A stretch of DNA of 63,243 bases, counting the filler, from Hyphochytrium catenoides (Eukaryota; Protista; Hyphochytriomycota): NCBI GenBank assembly GCA_900088475.1. It is 13 parts of 13 records of this genome, joined end to end, with 100 filler letters (N's around TTAATTAATTAA, not from the genome) between each part and the next. Parts side by side here need not be neighbours in the genome. Positions count along the whole stretch, not along the records: positions 37,007 to 55,945 come from FLMG01000200.1; positions 56,046 to 59,386 come from FLMG01004133.1; positions 59,487 to 62,062 come from FLMG01001908.1; 10 more parts are not named here. One strand, given 5' to 3'. The notes beneath the pieces were generated by a model. That model saw only the letters and a list, made by a program, of their open reading frames with translations. It had not been told where the DNA came from and did not search any database. The position numbers and the translations under genes were made by a program. Each line of letters begins with the position of its first letter. Position 1 is the first letter of the stretch. Of this stretch, positions 49,001-60,365 are shown in pieces.

Positions 49001-52000
49001 CCGTAACGGGTCATCAACAGCTCGCTTATCTCTCAAGCCTTCGAGTGCTTCAACAGTGGCTGAGCCCTCTGGATCTCCCAGGTTTCTGGTGCCCTCTTCT
49101 GCCTCTTCACTATCCTATAGAAGCAGAAGCGCCAGTGGCAGTCTAACAGCCGCCAGTCCGACAGCTGACATTGCAGCCGACGTCGTGGAGTCTGCCCTAA
49201 GGTAGGATTCAGCCTTATTAAGGCAAAGAAGGTTGTCGTAAATGTGAATTGCACGAGAGACTAAACACAAGGGGACACGAGTAGAGGTAGAAGGGCCCCC
49301 CGACCGCAGTGTCAGTCTAGCGTCCTTTTAGGCAGCTTTTAAGGTTTACACCTTGGAGGGACATGAGCGTTAGTGATCGGACGAGAAATAGGGGACGGAA
49401 TCCTTTTGGCGGTCATATCCTCTACTGGAAGTGGGCAGTGGAGGAAGGAGGTCCTAATAGTCAACTTGGCCGTCAACCGATGCGCAACTCACCTTTTCGT
49501 CTCTCGTTCCTAGCGACCAGCCTGTTGGTGCCAATACCACAGAGGAGAAGCAAGCCACTGCAGAGGAGTCCGAAGAGCCATCAGGAGATTTCCCTGCCGA
49601 TCAGGCCGCATCCGAAAGAGAAGTGCCAGCTCTTTTGAAGACAGAGATGGCAACTGTCCCAAATGCAGGTACGCATAACCGAAGCTATCCAACCGACAGA
49701 AGGAGGTCGTCCGAACGATATTAGTTGTGATGGAACGCTAGATCAGCACGGGTAGTGGTCAGGGGGCACTAAGAGGTCAAGATGCGCAGCCACGTAGCGG
49801 CAAACGGAAGCGAGAAGGAAGATCAAGCGTCTAATGGTGCTTTGTGGCAGGTATCCATCGGCCCCAGCGCCATGGCAGATCCAACTCTGACACGTGGAGA
49901 GAACCTGGACGGCTGTCTGCCTATAGGCCAAGCGATGGTGAGAGAGAAGATACCCACCACTGATTATTTTTTGAGCTAATCTGTCCCTCGCGCGGGTATT
50001 GCCCGATGCTGTCTTGTGCGGGGCTTAGGGCCAAGCACGCAGGACTTGGACCAGCTTTACAACCGTTTAGAGTCCTTGATCAATTTCCGGCAGGCTGAAT
50101 GGGAGGCTCGCGAGGAGGAGCTGATCAATAAGGTCACGAAAGCGGTGGAAGATCAGGTACACCTGGCCCTGCTCAAAGTGTCATGCATCCTCTGCCTCTT
50201 GACTGCTTGGTTGATGGAGTGCAAGTAGTCATTTTCTTCTCAGGCTCTCTTGGTTTGTGACCTTCCAACCCTACACTTGGTCTTAGTTAGCCTCCCTTTC
50301 CTGTACCCCTTGCTCTCAATCCATCGCCAGCTTCCTCTCCTCCTGGAAGAGATGCTGCAGAAGCAGGTGCATCAAGTGCTGGTCCCTGGTATGGGCCGCA
50401 CTGTGGTCCATACGATGGATCAATTTTTGAAACCTGTGCAGCTCTCTTTCAAAAAGATCCTTACCGAGAAACTTCCACCCGTCATAGAGAAGAGGTTCAA
50501 TGACATGGTCAATGAGACGATGGCTCAGCAGGTGAGGTATAAGCTAGTTGGAAGGAGTCAACGTATACCTATGTCGTACAGAGCTCTCCTTTCCTCTTAC
50601 TTAGCTATTGTCAATTGGTTCCTGTTCGAGCTTGAAATGGTCCATCCTTCCCAAAATGTCGCCACTTCTCCCGGAGCCTAGTTAGAACCGCTAAAATGCT
50701 TCTCTCCGCCGTTTCCCAGGTTGAGGGTAAGATGGAGCAGTTAGTTGTTGACATCAAGGAGCAGGTGAGACAGCGTTCAGCACTTTTTTAGGTTTCTCGG
50801 TCTTGCAACCGCTTCCTCCCTTCTGGGGCGAGCCTGTGGAGCAGGATAGCTCATTGCTAGCTAAAGTGGCAGCCTGTCCTGTCCTGTCTGCGCTTCGGCG
50901 TCTCGACTTAGATGATGTTCAGCTTTCTTTAACGTGCGTCCCCATTTCGTTGGCTTTGATATCGCTCTCTCTCTCTTTTCTTGTATCGTTCTTATCTTTA
51001 TCAATTGGATTAGGTCCGCGAACCTGTGCAGCAATCCTTTAGAGAATGCTTCCAAGAAGCAATCATTCCATCTTTTCAAGCAGCCACACAGAAGATGTTT
51101 GAGCAGATCAATGAGACCTTTATTAGGGGCATCAGTCAGACGGCCTTCCTGGTACACCTCTTGCTTAGCTTGAGGCGCTGACGCTTCTGCGTCAACACTT
51201 ATTTAGCTCTCGCTTCTCTTTTGTTCTTTATCGTCTCCACCTTGCTCGTGTCGCTCACAAGGATCTTCCTCCGTCTGGTGATAAGTACAACGTGGCTCAT
51301 CTTGTCATCCTCCCTCGTAGTGGCTTTCCCGTCACTCTTACCATTGTCCCATTTCTTCTGCAGGCTGAGAATAATGGACAGCTTGCTCGGCTGCACTCCC
51401 AGCTGGACTCCTTGACTAAGTCTGTGGCCACGCTCACAGCTAAAGTCGAGGAGCTATCCTCACAGCCGAAGGCAGCTGTTGGCGAAGACTCCGAGAGGCT
51501 ATCTCACGGACTATACCGGACTCCATCAGGTACGACAACACCCTTTTCTTGCTAGCGGCTCCCTATGTTCACCTTGGGCTACCCCATCCACTCTGCTTTA
51601 AATATCACGTAACATGCTCCGTATGCTGAGCAGGACGCGTAATGGAGCCGCAGGACGAACTCAAGTTCCTGATCAGTGACAAGAAGTACGAAGAAGCTCT
51701 TTCTCAGGTAGCGATTCTCTCCTGTCTTCCCTTGAGGAGTCGATCCTTCTCTCAAATCACCTTCCTCTTTGCAGTTATTTTCTCAAAGCTCATCCTCCAA
51801 GGAGGTATACCTAATTGACTTACTGAACGCTTCACCACTTTCAAGGCTCTAAGTGCCACAGACGTTGGTCTAGTGACTTGGACGGTCTCGAGAATGGACA
51901 TTGATGACGTTATTACCTGTCAGCCACCAGCAGTATCTCAGATGGTCATGCTCTGCCTGGTTCAGCAGGTATATGTGAGGTCTTAGTCTTGTAGTTCAAA

Positions 52001-52633
52001 GTCATACTTCGAGCCGCGAAACGCGAGGTGTTCAACTCTGGTCTCCTCTCTCTCTTATAATGGACATGGACTTCCTCACAGCTTTCGGTCATCCTCTCCG
52101 GCTGTTAGCTTGCTTGATGACCTCCACCTGACCCACATCCGCTTTCTATGCTCACGCTCCGCCTTCTATCTCCCCTGTCGGGCGTACCCTGTCTCTTGCA
52201 TACCCATCTACCTCAGTTGGGATCAAACCTCAGCCATGAGACGAAGCTGAAGCTTGACTGGGTTCGAGAGTGCCTGATGGCTCTAAATCCCAAGGACCCA
52301 GCCATTGCACCTCACGTGGAGTCAGTGGTGGAGCAGCTTAGAACTAATTTGAAGGCGCTGGAAGGGGAGACGTTAAGGACTGGAAGGAAGGAGCTCAATC
52401 ATCAGGTGAGGCTGAGCTTTAGTAGGAGTGCCAATGCACCAGATCTCTGCTGCCCTGTTCCCCTTCCTTGTCCTAGATGACGGCCTCTCGTTGGTCTTTA
52501 ATCTTTGTTAGTCGTAGTCTTTGGCTTGTAGAACTCTGACCCGCTCTACCTTGTCTATTTCATCTTTTTGATGCCCCCACCGCAGATCAAGCTTGTTCTG
52601 CATATCGCGCTGTCTATTCAAAGCATTCTCTAG
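46047..52633 (+). CDS. EDC4: Enhancer of mRNA decapping 4 (VARICOSE/Ge-1), multi-exon; start uncertain because of the N gap
   Basis: WD40 region QVSPITLY...GRIIAVNDNFICYTIRGALLRVINLHTADRLLLQGHQERVIDMA, a Ser/Pro-rich linker and coiled coil, then C-terminal ALSATDVGLVTW...SQMVMLCLVQQ|LGSNL...KLDWVRECLMALNPKDPAIAPHV. TAG at 52631-52633. Confidence 0.92.
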
Positions 52634-52996
52634 AGCCAGTAGGAGCCAAACGAAAGGAGGGATGATCGCTGGTACTGACTAAGCAAGCCACATTCCCACA
52701 GTCCTTTGGCAGATAGCGAAGAATAGGGCATAGTTCTTTGTTAGAGGTAGTGCGCCATACAAGCCCTGGGACATTAGTTAACCACTTATCCGGAGATAGG
52801 CTCCAGGTCGTTAGCTTCATAAGGCGCTGTACATACATCTGGTGTAGTTGGCGGCCCTGACTGGTCCGGCGTCTTCTTCATGATGGGCACTCCTGCACTA
52901 ACAGCCTCTCTCCCTCTCCTGTCGTTACCCTTGATGAACCTACTTCATACTCCATTTTGGACTCTCTTGTCGTTGGCCTTCTCAGATACGTGAAGC

Positions 52997-53788
52997 CTAG
53001 TGCTGGGGGCTGTGCAGAGCATTAAGGAAGGCAGGATACCCTCCGGTCACGTGCTTGGCGCTGTCGTTATACTCTGGATTTCCCGTCAGCTTGTCCTTCA
53101 CCTGTTCTATACACTGCAAGAGAGGATGACTGGCCTGAAAATCAACGATCGCATGTGTTTCCACAGCCAGAGATCGCCATAAACCAGCATCTTCACCTTC
53201 TGGATTCTTGACTAGTAGAAGCGTGTCTTCCATGAGGCAATCGTACTTCTCTACTGGCGCTTGGAAGCGTCTCTTCCTCACTCTCAGCCGCGGTGCCTGA
53301 TACGCAGCCTCCAGTACCTCTAGAGAAATGGACGAGAGGCATCGCCCTGATTCCTCTGTCTCTAGAGACGGACTCTCTTTGGTCACAGCGTCCAGAAGGC
53401 CCTTGACCGCCTGGGGAGCTGTCTGACCCGCCTCAACCTTGAGCTTCCACTTCTTCCACTGCTGAACTTCGCCGCCTTTGGCTGCAGAGAGAAGGAGCTT
53501 CACCTCGAGCTTGTCTTTTCTCTGTCGTCCTTCAACGTTGTCAGTCTTATCCACCTTCTGTCCCCGTTCCTTCACTCCTATCACATCAAAGCCGGGCAGA
53601 TTCCAATAGCAATCTTCTCTCTCTTCGCATTCCGATGCGGCGGTTATCCACTCAGAGCCTTTGCTGCTAAGCGAGGTCCAGCGTTGCGATAGGGAGTGTG
53701 GCGTTTGTCCTCCCCCTCCAGATACTCCGCCTATAGCTGTGGGCTGCCTAGCTGCGACATTCCAGAATATTCTCCATTCCCAGCCCAT
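52997..53788 (-). CDS. Intronless CYTH/triphosphate-tunnel-like protein
   Basis: Motif order EWRIF, EEREDCY, GVKER, KLEVK, WKKW, VRKRR, WRSLAVE, GYPAFL is typical of a CYTH-like fold; 263 aa from ATG 53788. Confidence 0.7.
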   Translation of the reverse strand: MGWEWRIFWNVAARQPTAIGGVSGGGGQTPHSLSQRWTSLSSKGSEWITAASECEEREDCYWNLPGFDVIGVKERGQKVDKTDNVEGRQRKDKLEVKLLLSAAKGGEVQQWKKWKLKVEAGQTAPQAVKGLLDAVTKESPSLETEESGRCLSSISLEVLEAAYQAPRLRVRKRRFQAPVEKYDCLMEDTLLLVKNPEGEDAGLWRSLAVETHAIVDFQASHPLLQCIEQVKDKLTGNPEYNDSAKHVTGGYPAFLNALHSPQH

Positions 53789-54419
53789 CGTTGTCGGGCT
53801 GAAGTGACAGCAACAAAGAACGGGACAGGAGGTCCGATAGCACAATGTCTCTGGGTCCTAAAGAGAGGAGGACAAGCGATCATCAGAGATACTCATCAGA
53901 GAGCTGCCAAGGTCAGCGGAGAAGTGGCAACGTAACTGTCTCTTTCTCACACTCGCCACTCTCTCTCACACACAGAGACACATACGCTCTCTCTCTCTCT
54001 CTCTGCTCCGCTAGCAGAGAGGGACAGGAAGCACTATTGAGGGTCTTCAAAGGAAGAAGGGGAGAGAATGACGGACGTGGAGAGGAGGAGGAAGAATGAA
54101 AGTCGAAGATCAATTAATCTTCATCTCCCTCGTCCTCGTCAGGGCTTCAGCCACGAAAGCCGCTAACCGAAAGGCACTGTCAGGGAGCTTTAGGACACGC
54201 TCTCTCCCAGCGTTTTATCGTGAAAAAAGGAGGTAGAACTTCAGAGTTGTGTTACTTCCTCGAAAAGTAGCCGTTGGAAGGGTCTCATAACGGTAGAGCT
54301 GCGTTACAAAAGTAACGCAACTATCCTCTACAGAGGGGAGTATATTTGGTTCTTTAGTTATGGCTGTCAAACAGCCTCCAGGAGCGCTTCGAAGGCGGGA
54401 ATCTGTTCTTGTCTTATTG

Positions 54420-55240
54420 AGGTCTAAGTTTTATCGGAAAAGCTCCATTAGTTTCAGAGATCTGGCAACGTTGCGAAAGAAGATTTCCCCATATATACGT
54501 TGTACAGACAACTGTAGCACTTCCTGAGCCTCGCATCCGCTGAAGGTCTTAGTAAACATGCTCTCCAAAAAAGACAATGATGGGGGAACCCCAGAAAGGA
54601 CGTCGCAAAGGAGTCGTGCTGCTACGGACAATGATCCACCAGAAGAAGGCGACGACCTAGTGGCGTCTCCTCCTGCCAAAAGGCCTCGGGGCCGGCCCAA
54701 CAAGAAGAGCTCCTATGCAACCCCACCAGCAGCCACTCAGTCAAGACCATCTTTTGCTGATACTCCTGTTGCGTCTTCCTCACAAGAGGGTACTGTAAGC
54801 TCTAGGGGTGCCAAGATCGAGGATCAGGAGGAGGAGGAGGATGGGTCTGCCCTTGACCAGATGGAGCCAGAGATGCAGAGGCTCCAGGCGCTGATACCAA
54901 AATCGAGAACGGGAACCAAAAAAGTGATTGAGTACTTCAACACCGAAGACGGACGAACTCTACGAATGTAAGTGGGAACCAAACGGCCTTACGGGGTAGC
55001 GCTAGCTAAATAATCTCTTGTTGGCGGCCTACAGGAGCCGAAGCTTTCATTGGATGAACAAACCGAAGAGGGACCGTGAAGGACGGACAGTCAGCAACCC
55101 CCGAGAGTGCCTTGTCTGCAACCACCGCACAGTCTACGCTTGCAATAGTTGCTTGCAATTCCTATGTATCAAAGGTGAGAGAAAGCACCACCGCTATCTT
55201 GGTACCTAGAAGAGCACTTAATACTCCCGCATGGTGTGAT
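54420..55240 (+). mobile_element. C-terminal fragment of a piggyBac-like transposase (AT-hook plus Cys-rich finger), decayed
   Basis: KRPRGRPNK (AT-hook); EYFNTEDGRTLR; intron (GTAAGT...ACAG); then CLVCNHRTVYACNSCLQFLC (CxxC-T-CxxC-LC, piggyBac-type cysteine-rich domain). Stops on both sides; no catalytic core. Confidence 0.55.
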
Positions 55241-56045
55241 TTGACTACTCATCAGGGCGACAGAATAGAGAGTCTTGTTGGTGTAAGTTCCATAACCACA
55301 AGGAGCTGAAACGCGAAAAAGACAAGGACGAGGCTCTGAAGGGAAAGGCGATGAAAGCAAGGAGTGGCAGAAAAAAGAGCGAAGACCGCAAGAAGCAGTT
55401 CTCAAGCTGAAGAAGTTGAATGGGAAGGAGTCTACAGCGAGGATGAAATTGGGGCACCGCCGCCAGCATTTAGCGTTGATGATGAACCAATTCCCCTGTT
55501 GGCCCACATTTGAAGGTTTGTGGGTCTATGTAAACAGTGTCTTCCCGCCACCTCTAAGCAAATAATGCCATCGTTTAGCCTCCAAGTAATGTACTCTTCA
55601 GCCTCGTAGGTCCAGGCTCTTACAAGATAGACAAACAGTAGAGCAGTTGGAGGACTATGAAGGACAAGGCAAAGGACAATCCCCTAGTAGTAGGCACTAA
55701 GTTTCATGCTGATGAAGTTGTATCTGAGCAAGGTTTGTAACGACATGGCAGATGGCGGCTAACGGCCTTCAGCATTTCCCTCTCTCCTCTCTCTTTGTCT
55801 CTGTCTACCTCTCTTTGTCTGTCTTTCTCTCTCTCATTTGCCTCTCTCTTCCCCTTCTCTCTCACGGTCAGCTGTCAGCCACCACTCTCCTGTCTCTCTC
55901 TGCCCTTATCTGCTTCCCCTCTGTTTCTCTCTCTCTCTCTCTCTCNNNNNNNNNNNNNNNNNNNNNNNNNNNNNNNNNNNNNNNNNNNNTTAATTAATTA
56001 ANNNNNNNNNNNNNNNNNNNNNNNNNNNNNNNNNNNNNNNNNNNN

Positions 56046-56360
56046 CGTCTCTTCTTCTCTCTTTTGCTGTATTACACAGAGAATACGAGGCGAGAGACGC
56101 TCGGCGTGGAGAGAGAGAGAGGAGGAGTTGTTGCTGTTCTCTCTTTCTGCTCTTCGCCTGGTGACTAGCAAAGGATCTCACTTGGAGAGAGAGAGAACGA
56201 GAGAGGAGAGAGGCAGTCTCTCTCCTCGGCATCTGGTTCCTTCTGCCTTTTCTTAAGAGAAACAGAGCTGGGGAGAACAAGGTAAAAGGCGGAATGAAGA
56301 GATTGTAGCAGCAGATGATGAGGAGCGACGAAAGAGAGGAGAAAGGAGAGAGAGAGGACG

Positions 56361-56401
<41 letters not shown>

Positions 56402-56674
56402 GAGAGAGAGGTATGAGAGAGAGAGAGATTAACAGCGATAGGGAAAGGCAGAGTTTACAGCAAAATATCCTCTCCATTCTGTCTTGAGTCAAAGCCCGTC
56501 AAAGACAAGCAATCTGTTATCTCATTTTACTCTGTCTCGAGCTAGTCATTAGCGGCTAACGGCTAGGATGTCTCTTCTTCTTCGCTTTCATTATCAATGT
56601 CTTTCTTCTTCTGTTCTTGATTTCATCTTCAGCCTCATGATCTTCTCTCTCTTTCTTGCTCCCTTTCGCACTGG

Positions 56675-56707
<33 letters not shown>

Positions 56708-56747
56708 TCTTTCTTCTTTCTCTCTCTCTCTCTCCTCTTTCTTTCTT

Positions 56748-56778
<31 letters not shown>

Positions 56779-57437
56779 TTTCTCTCTCTCTCTCTCTCCC
56801 TCTCCTCTTCTTTCTTTCTTTCTCCCTCTCTCTCTCTTTCTCTCTCTCCTTTTCTCTCTTTTTCTCTCTTTCTCTTTTCTTCTTCCTCCACTTCTTCTCA
56901 TCCTATGTCTTTTTGCTCTCTTTTTCTTCTCTTTCTTCCACTGCTTTACTTCCTTGAAAATCCCGCCTCTATCATTTATCTTCTAATAATAACTTCTCCC
57001 TTCTCCACTTTTCCTCCTCTCTTTTACTTTCTCTGCCTTCTAGTCTTCTGCGCTCGTATCAATGCCACTTCGGTGCATCGTTCTCTCTCACATACAGTCT
57101 CTTCTCTTTGTCTTCTTTCTTCTCTTCTTCTTGTTGTTATTTCTCTCTTCTTTTTTGTCTCTTTCCCCTCCTTTCTCTCTCTCTCTCTCTCCCTCAGATC
57201 ACACACAAAACAAGCTCTCTTTCTCTCTCAAACACAACGCTCTCCTCCTCTCCTTCTTGTCTTGTCTTTTTTATCTCTCTCTCTTCTTTGCCTCTCTCTC
57301 TCTCTCTCTCACGCACACACTATCTCTCTCTCCCTCCTCTCTTCTCCTCCTCCTCTCTATTGTTTTTTTCCTTTCTCTCTTCTCCTTTCTCTCTACAATC
57401 TCTCTCTCTCTCTTTAGCTCTCTCTCTCTTGCTCTAT

Positions 57438-57468
<31 letters not shown>

Positions 57469-59003
57469 TTGTGTCCTAGTTCTCTTGATGATCTCTCTCA
57501 TCACTTCTTTGCTGGGAGCAGTATTTTCTGTTTCAAAAGTGGTGGCTCAGTACCTAACACTATGGCGGCAGAGAGTCCTTACGGCTCGAAAGCGAAATAT
57601 ACGCTTTCCACCTGCTGCATGGATCAACGATCATAATGGTTCTACCCTAAATCATCATGGTATTTATTCTCGATAGGCTGTTGGGTATCAGATGTGTATC
57701 TTTCTGCATCTTCGACGTCATCTGCCCGTCAAATTTTCGGGTGGGTGGGCCGTTGAGAGAACATTATCTTAGGCTACCTGTTCATTATCTTAGGCTCCTC
57801 CCTCCTCTTTTCTTGAGAAAGATGTGAAGACACAAGAGGGACGGGGGACGAAGGGGGGACCTACACTGGGGATGAAATGCTTCCAATGTTTCAATATTTA
57901 TATATTTCATGTCCATATATTTGCAAAAGGAAAGAAACAGAAAGGAAAGATTGTGTTATGAATGTTTCCTAACTAATGGGGAGGAGGACCATAGAGACAG
58001 AAAATGCAAGTGCCTTGTGAATTGCGAAAGAAGAGGGCGAGCTGACCGAATCTAACAAGAAAACCTCTTCGGAAAGTTATAAAGGAAGGTTTACACTGAC
58101 TATGCATATAGTGTACTATAAGAATCACAAGATAGATTTCATTAAGAGTAAAGAATCCGAATTTAATGAGAAGAGAGACGAGGGGCAATTGCTCATTTTT
58201 CTGACACTTTGACCTGCCTCTTTTTCCGTCTCTCTCTCTCTCTCTCTCTCTCTCTCNNNNNNNNNNNNNNNNNNNNNNNNNNNNNNNNNNNNNNNNNNNN
58301 NNNNNNNNNNNNNNNNNCTCTCTCTCTCTCTCTCTCCCTTTTCTCTCTCTCTTTCTTTCTCTCTCTCTTTCTTTCTCTCTCTGCATGTGATCATCTCATC
58401 TCGATCATGATGATCAGAGAGAGAGAGAGGAAGAAAAGTGATACACTAGAATGGGCTGTCGTCGTGGTCAAAGTCTCTTTCTCTCTTGTCTCTCCTCGCA
58501 TCTGCACTTCTCTCTTCTGCCACTGCCGCTGATCTTCATCCCGTCACTTTTACAGCTTCTCTCTCCCCCTCTCCTCTCTTTCTCTCTCTCTCTCTCTTGC
58601 ATCTCTTCTACTACTACTCTAACTGACCGTCGTGTGGCTCTTTCCTGTTCTCTCTTCCTCTCCTCTTTCTCTTCTCTCTCTTCCAGAAAAAGAAAAGCTG
58701 ATTCTTCTCAATAACCCGTCGACGGCAGTCTCAGCTTTGCCTCTTCTGTCTCTTGTTTCTTCTTCCAGATCCCGTGTTTTTTCTCTTTGCAGAGACCCTT
58801 AAAGATAACGATAGAGATAAAGAAGAAGAGAAAGTGCTGCAGGAAGACGAGCAGCAATTCTCTCTCTCTGTCTCTCTTTCTTTGCTTTTTTGTCTCTCTC
58901 ACTCTTTCCTTCTCCCTCTCTTTCTCTCAGTGAAGTGGAAGAAGACGAACCTTGAGTAAGACCATGACACGTCCGCGCTGAGGAGAAGTCCCGACGTAGA
59001 AGC

Positions 59004-59040
<37 letters not shown>

Positions 59041-59386
59041 TCAACTCTCCGTCACTCTCTCTTTCTGTTTCTTCTCTATCTATCTATCTTCACTCCTCTA
59101 TAGACAAGAACAATGTTCTGGAAGACTATTCGAGAGACAAGGCAGCAAAGGAAGAGAGAGAGAAGCTCCAAACCTTTCTCTCTCTCTCCAACCACAAGAG
59201 AACAAGGTGAAGAGGAAGAAGAACAGAAGAGACTAAAGGAAGAGAAAGGAAGACGGAAAGACGACCAACAAGGAGAGAAAGAGACTAAAATGGAGGATCA
59301 GCAAGAAAAGAAGGAGAGACAAAGAAGGGAGAGAAGAGACAAAGAAGAAGAGAGTCTTCTCTTTCTCTCTTCCTCTCCTGTTATTA
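56046..59386. repeat. Contig dominated by (CT)n/(GA)n simple repeats; no gene recognised
   Basis: Long imperfect CT/GA dinucleotide arrays at about 56340-56430, 56640-57480 and 58230-58390. ORFs here are poly-SL/ER. Confidence 0.8.
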
Positions 59387-59890
59387 NNNNNNNNNNNNNN
59401 NNNNNNNNNNNNNNNNNNNNNNNNNNNNNNTTAATTAATTAANNNNNNNNNNNNNNNNNNNNNNNNNNNNNNNNNNNNNNNNNNNNCTCGCCTCAAAAAG
59501 TAGTGGAGGAGACGAAGAGAGAGCTACTGCAAAAGGAAGCGTTATCATGAAGAAGGAAGAGAGAGGAAGAAATCTTGCAGCAGAACTGACAGAAGAGGCG
59601 CAGTCTCTCGCGCACCTTCTCTCCTCTCGAATAAGAGGAGAGAGAGTGCAGAAAGCCAACAGACGCTAGAGGAAGATCCAACTCTCTTCTTCCTTCTTTC
59701 TCTCCTCGTGTATGTTGATGAAGTCTATCTGTACTACTTATCATGCAAGGAAGACATTTGCCACTCCTCCAACTCAACTCTTGCCAATCATCCCTTGTCA
59801 TTGCCGCCTCCTTCTCTTTGGAATGCAAGAAGGAATGAGAGAAGAGAAACCTATTCCCCGTTCCGCAGGAAGTCCCCGGAACACTATTAG

Positions 59891-59921
<31 letters not shown>

Positions 59922-60365
59922 GTGTCAGCCTTCTTCACCCTCATGCCTACTACTAGTATGAAGCATCCCCTTGTCAGCTTCCTCCTCTATCCCCAGCATA
60001 AACCTTTGCGTCTCCTTTAGCGGCCTCTTCTCAATCCTCTTAGTCATCCTTCCGATCCACCGCGTAATAACAAGGCTTATCAGCAATATCGCTGCGATAA
60101 CAGAGAGAGAGAGAGAGAGAGAGAATAGAAGCATCTCGTTGTTTATTCGATTCGCCTTTCTATCACTCTCTTTGCCTCCCTCTTCCTTCTCTTAGATAGT
60201 TGGGGAGAGCACTCTAATGACCCGCGTCAGAAAGGGCGTAACGGGAGGAAGAAAAGATAAGAGCCACAAGAGATGACGATTCACGCAGAAAATGGAAGAA
60301 AGAACACGGAAGAAAGCGAAAGCAAGCAGCAGACAGAGCCCCGAGATGCCTCTGTCTTCTGTTTA

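Noticed and set aside
11119-52633. Nocturnin plus EDC4 as an mRNA-decay cluster, or PP2C, nocturnin and PRL as a phosphatase cluster
   Set aside because: The genes are on different contigs separated by artificial linkers, so there is no evidence of physical linkage.
54145-55773. CTTCAGC direct repeat as a target-site duplication
   Set aside because: It is offset from the putative inverted termini, and a 7-mer match can arise by chance.
59487-59669. Possible last exon of a plus-strand gene (LASKSSGGDEER...KANRR*)
   Set aside because: It is short, purine-rich and has no recognisable homology, so it cannot be supported.
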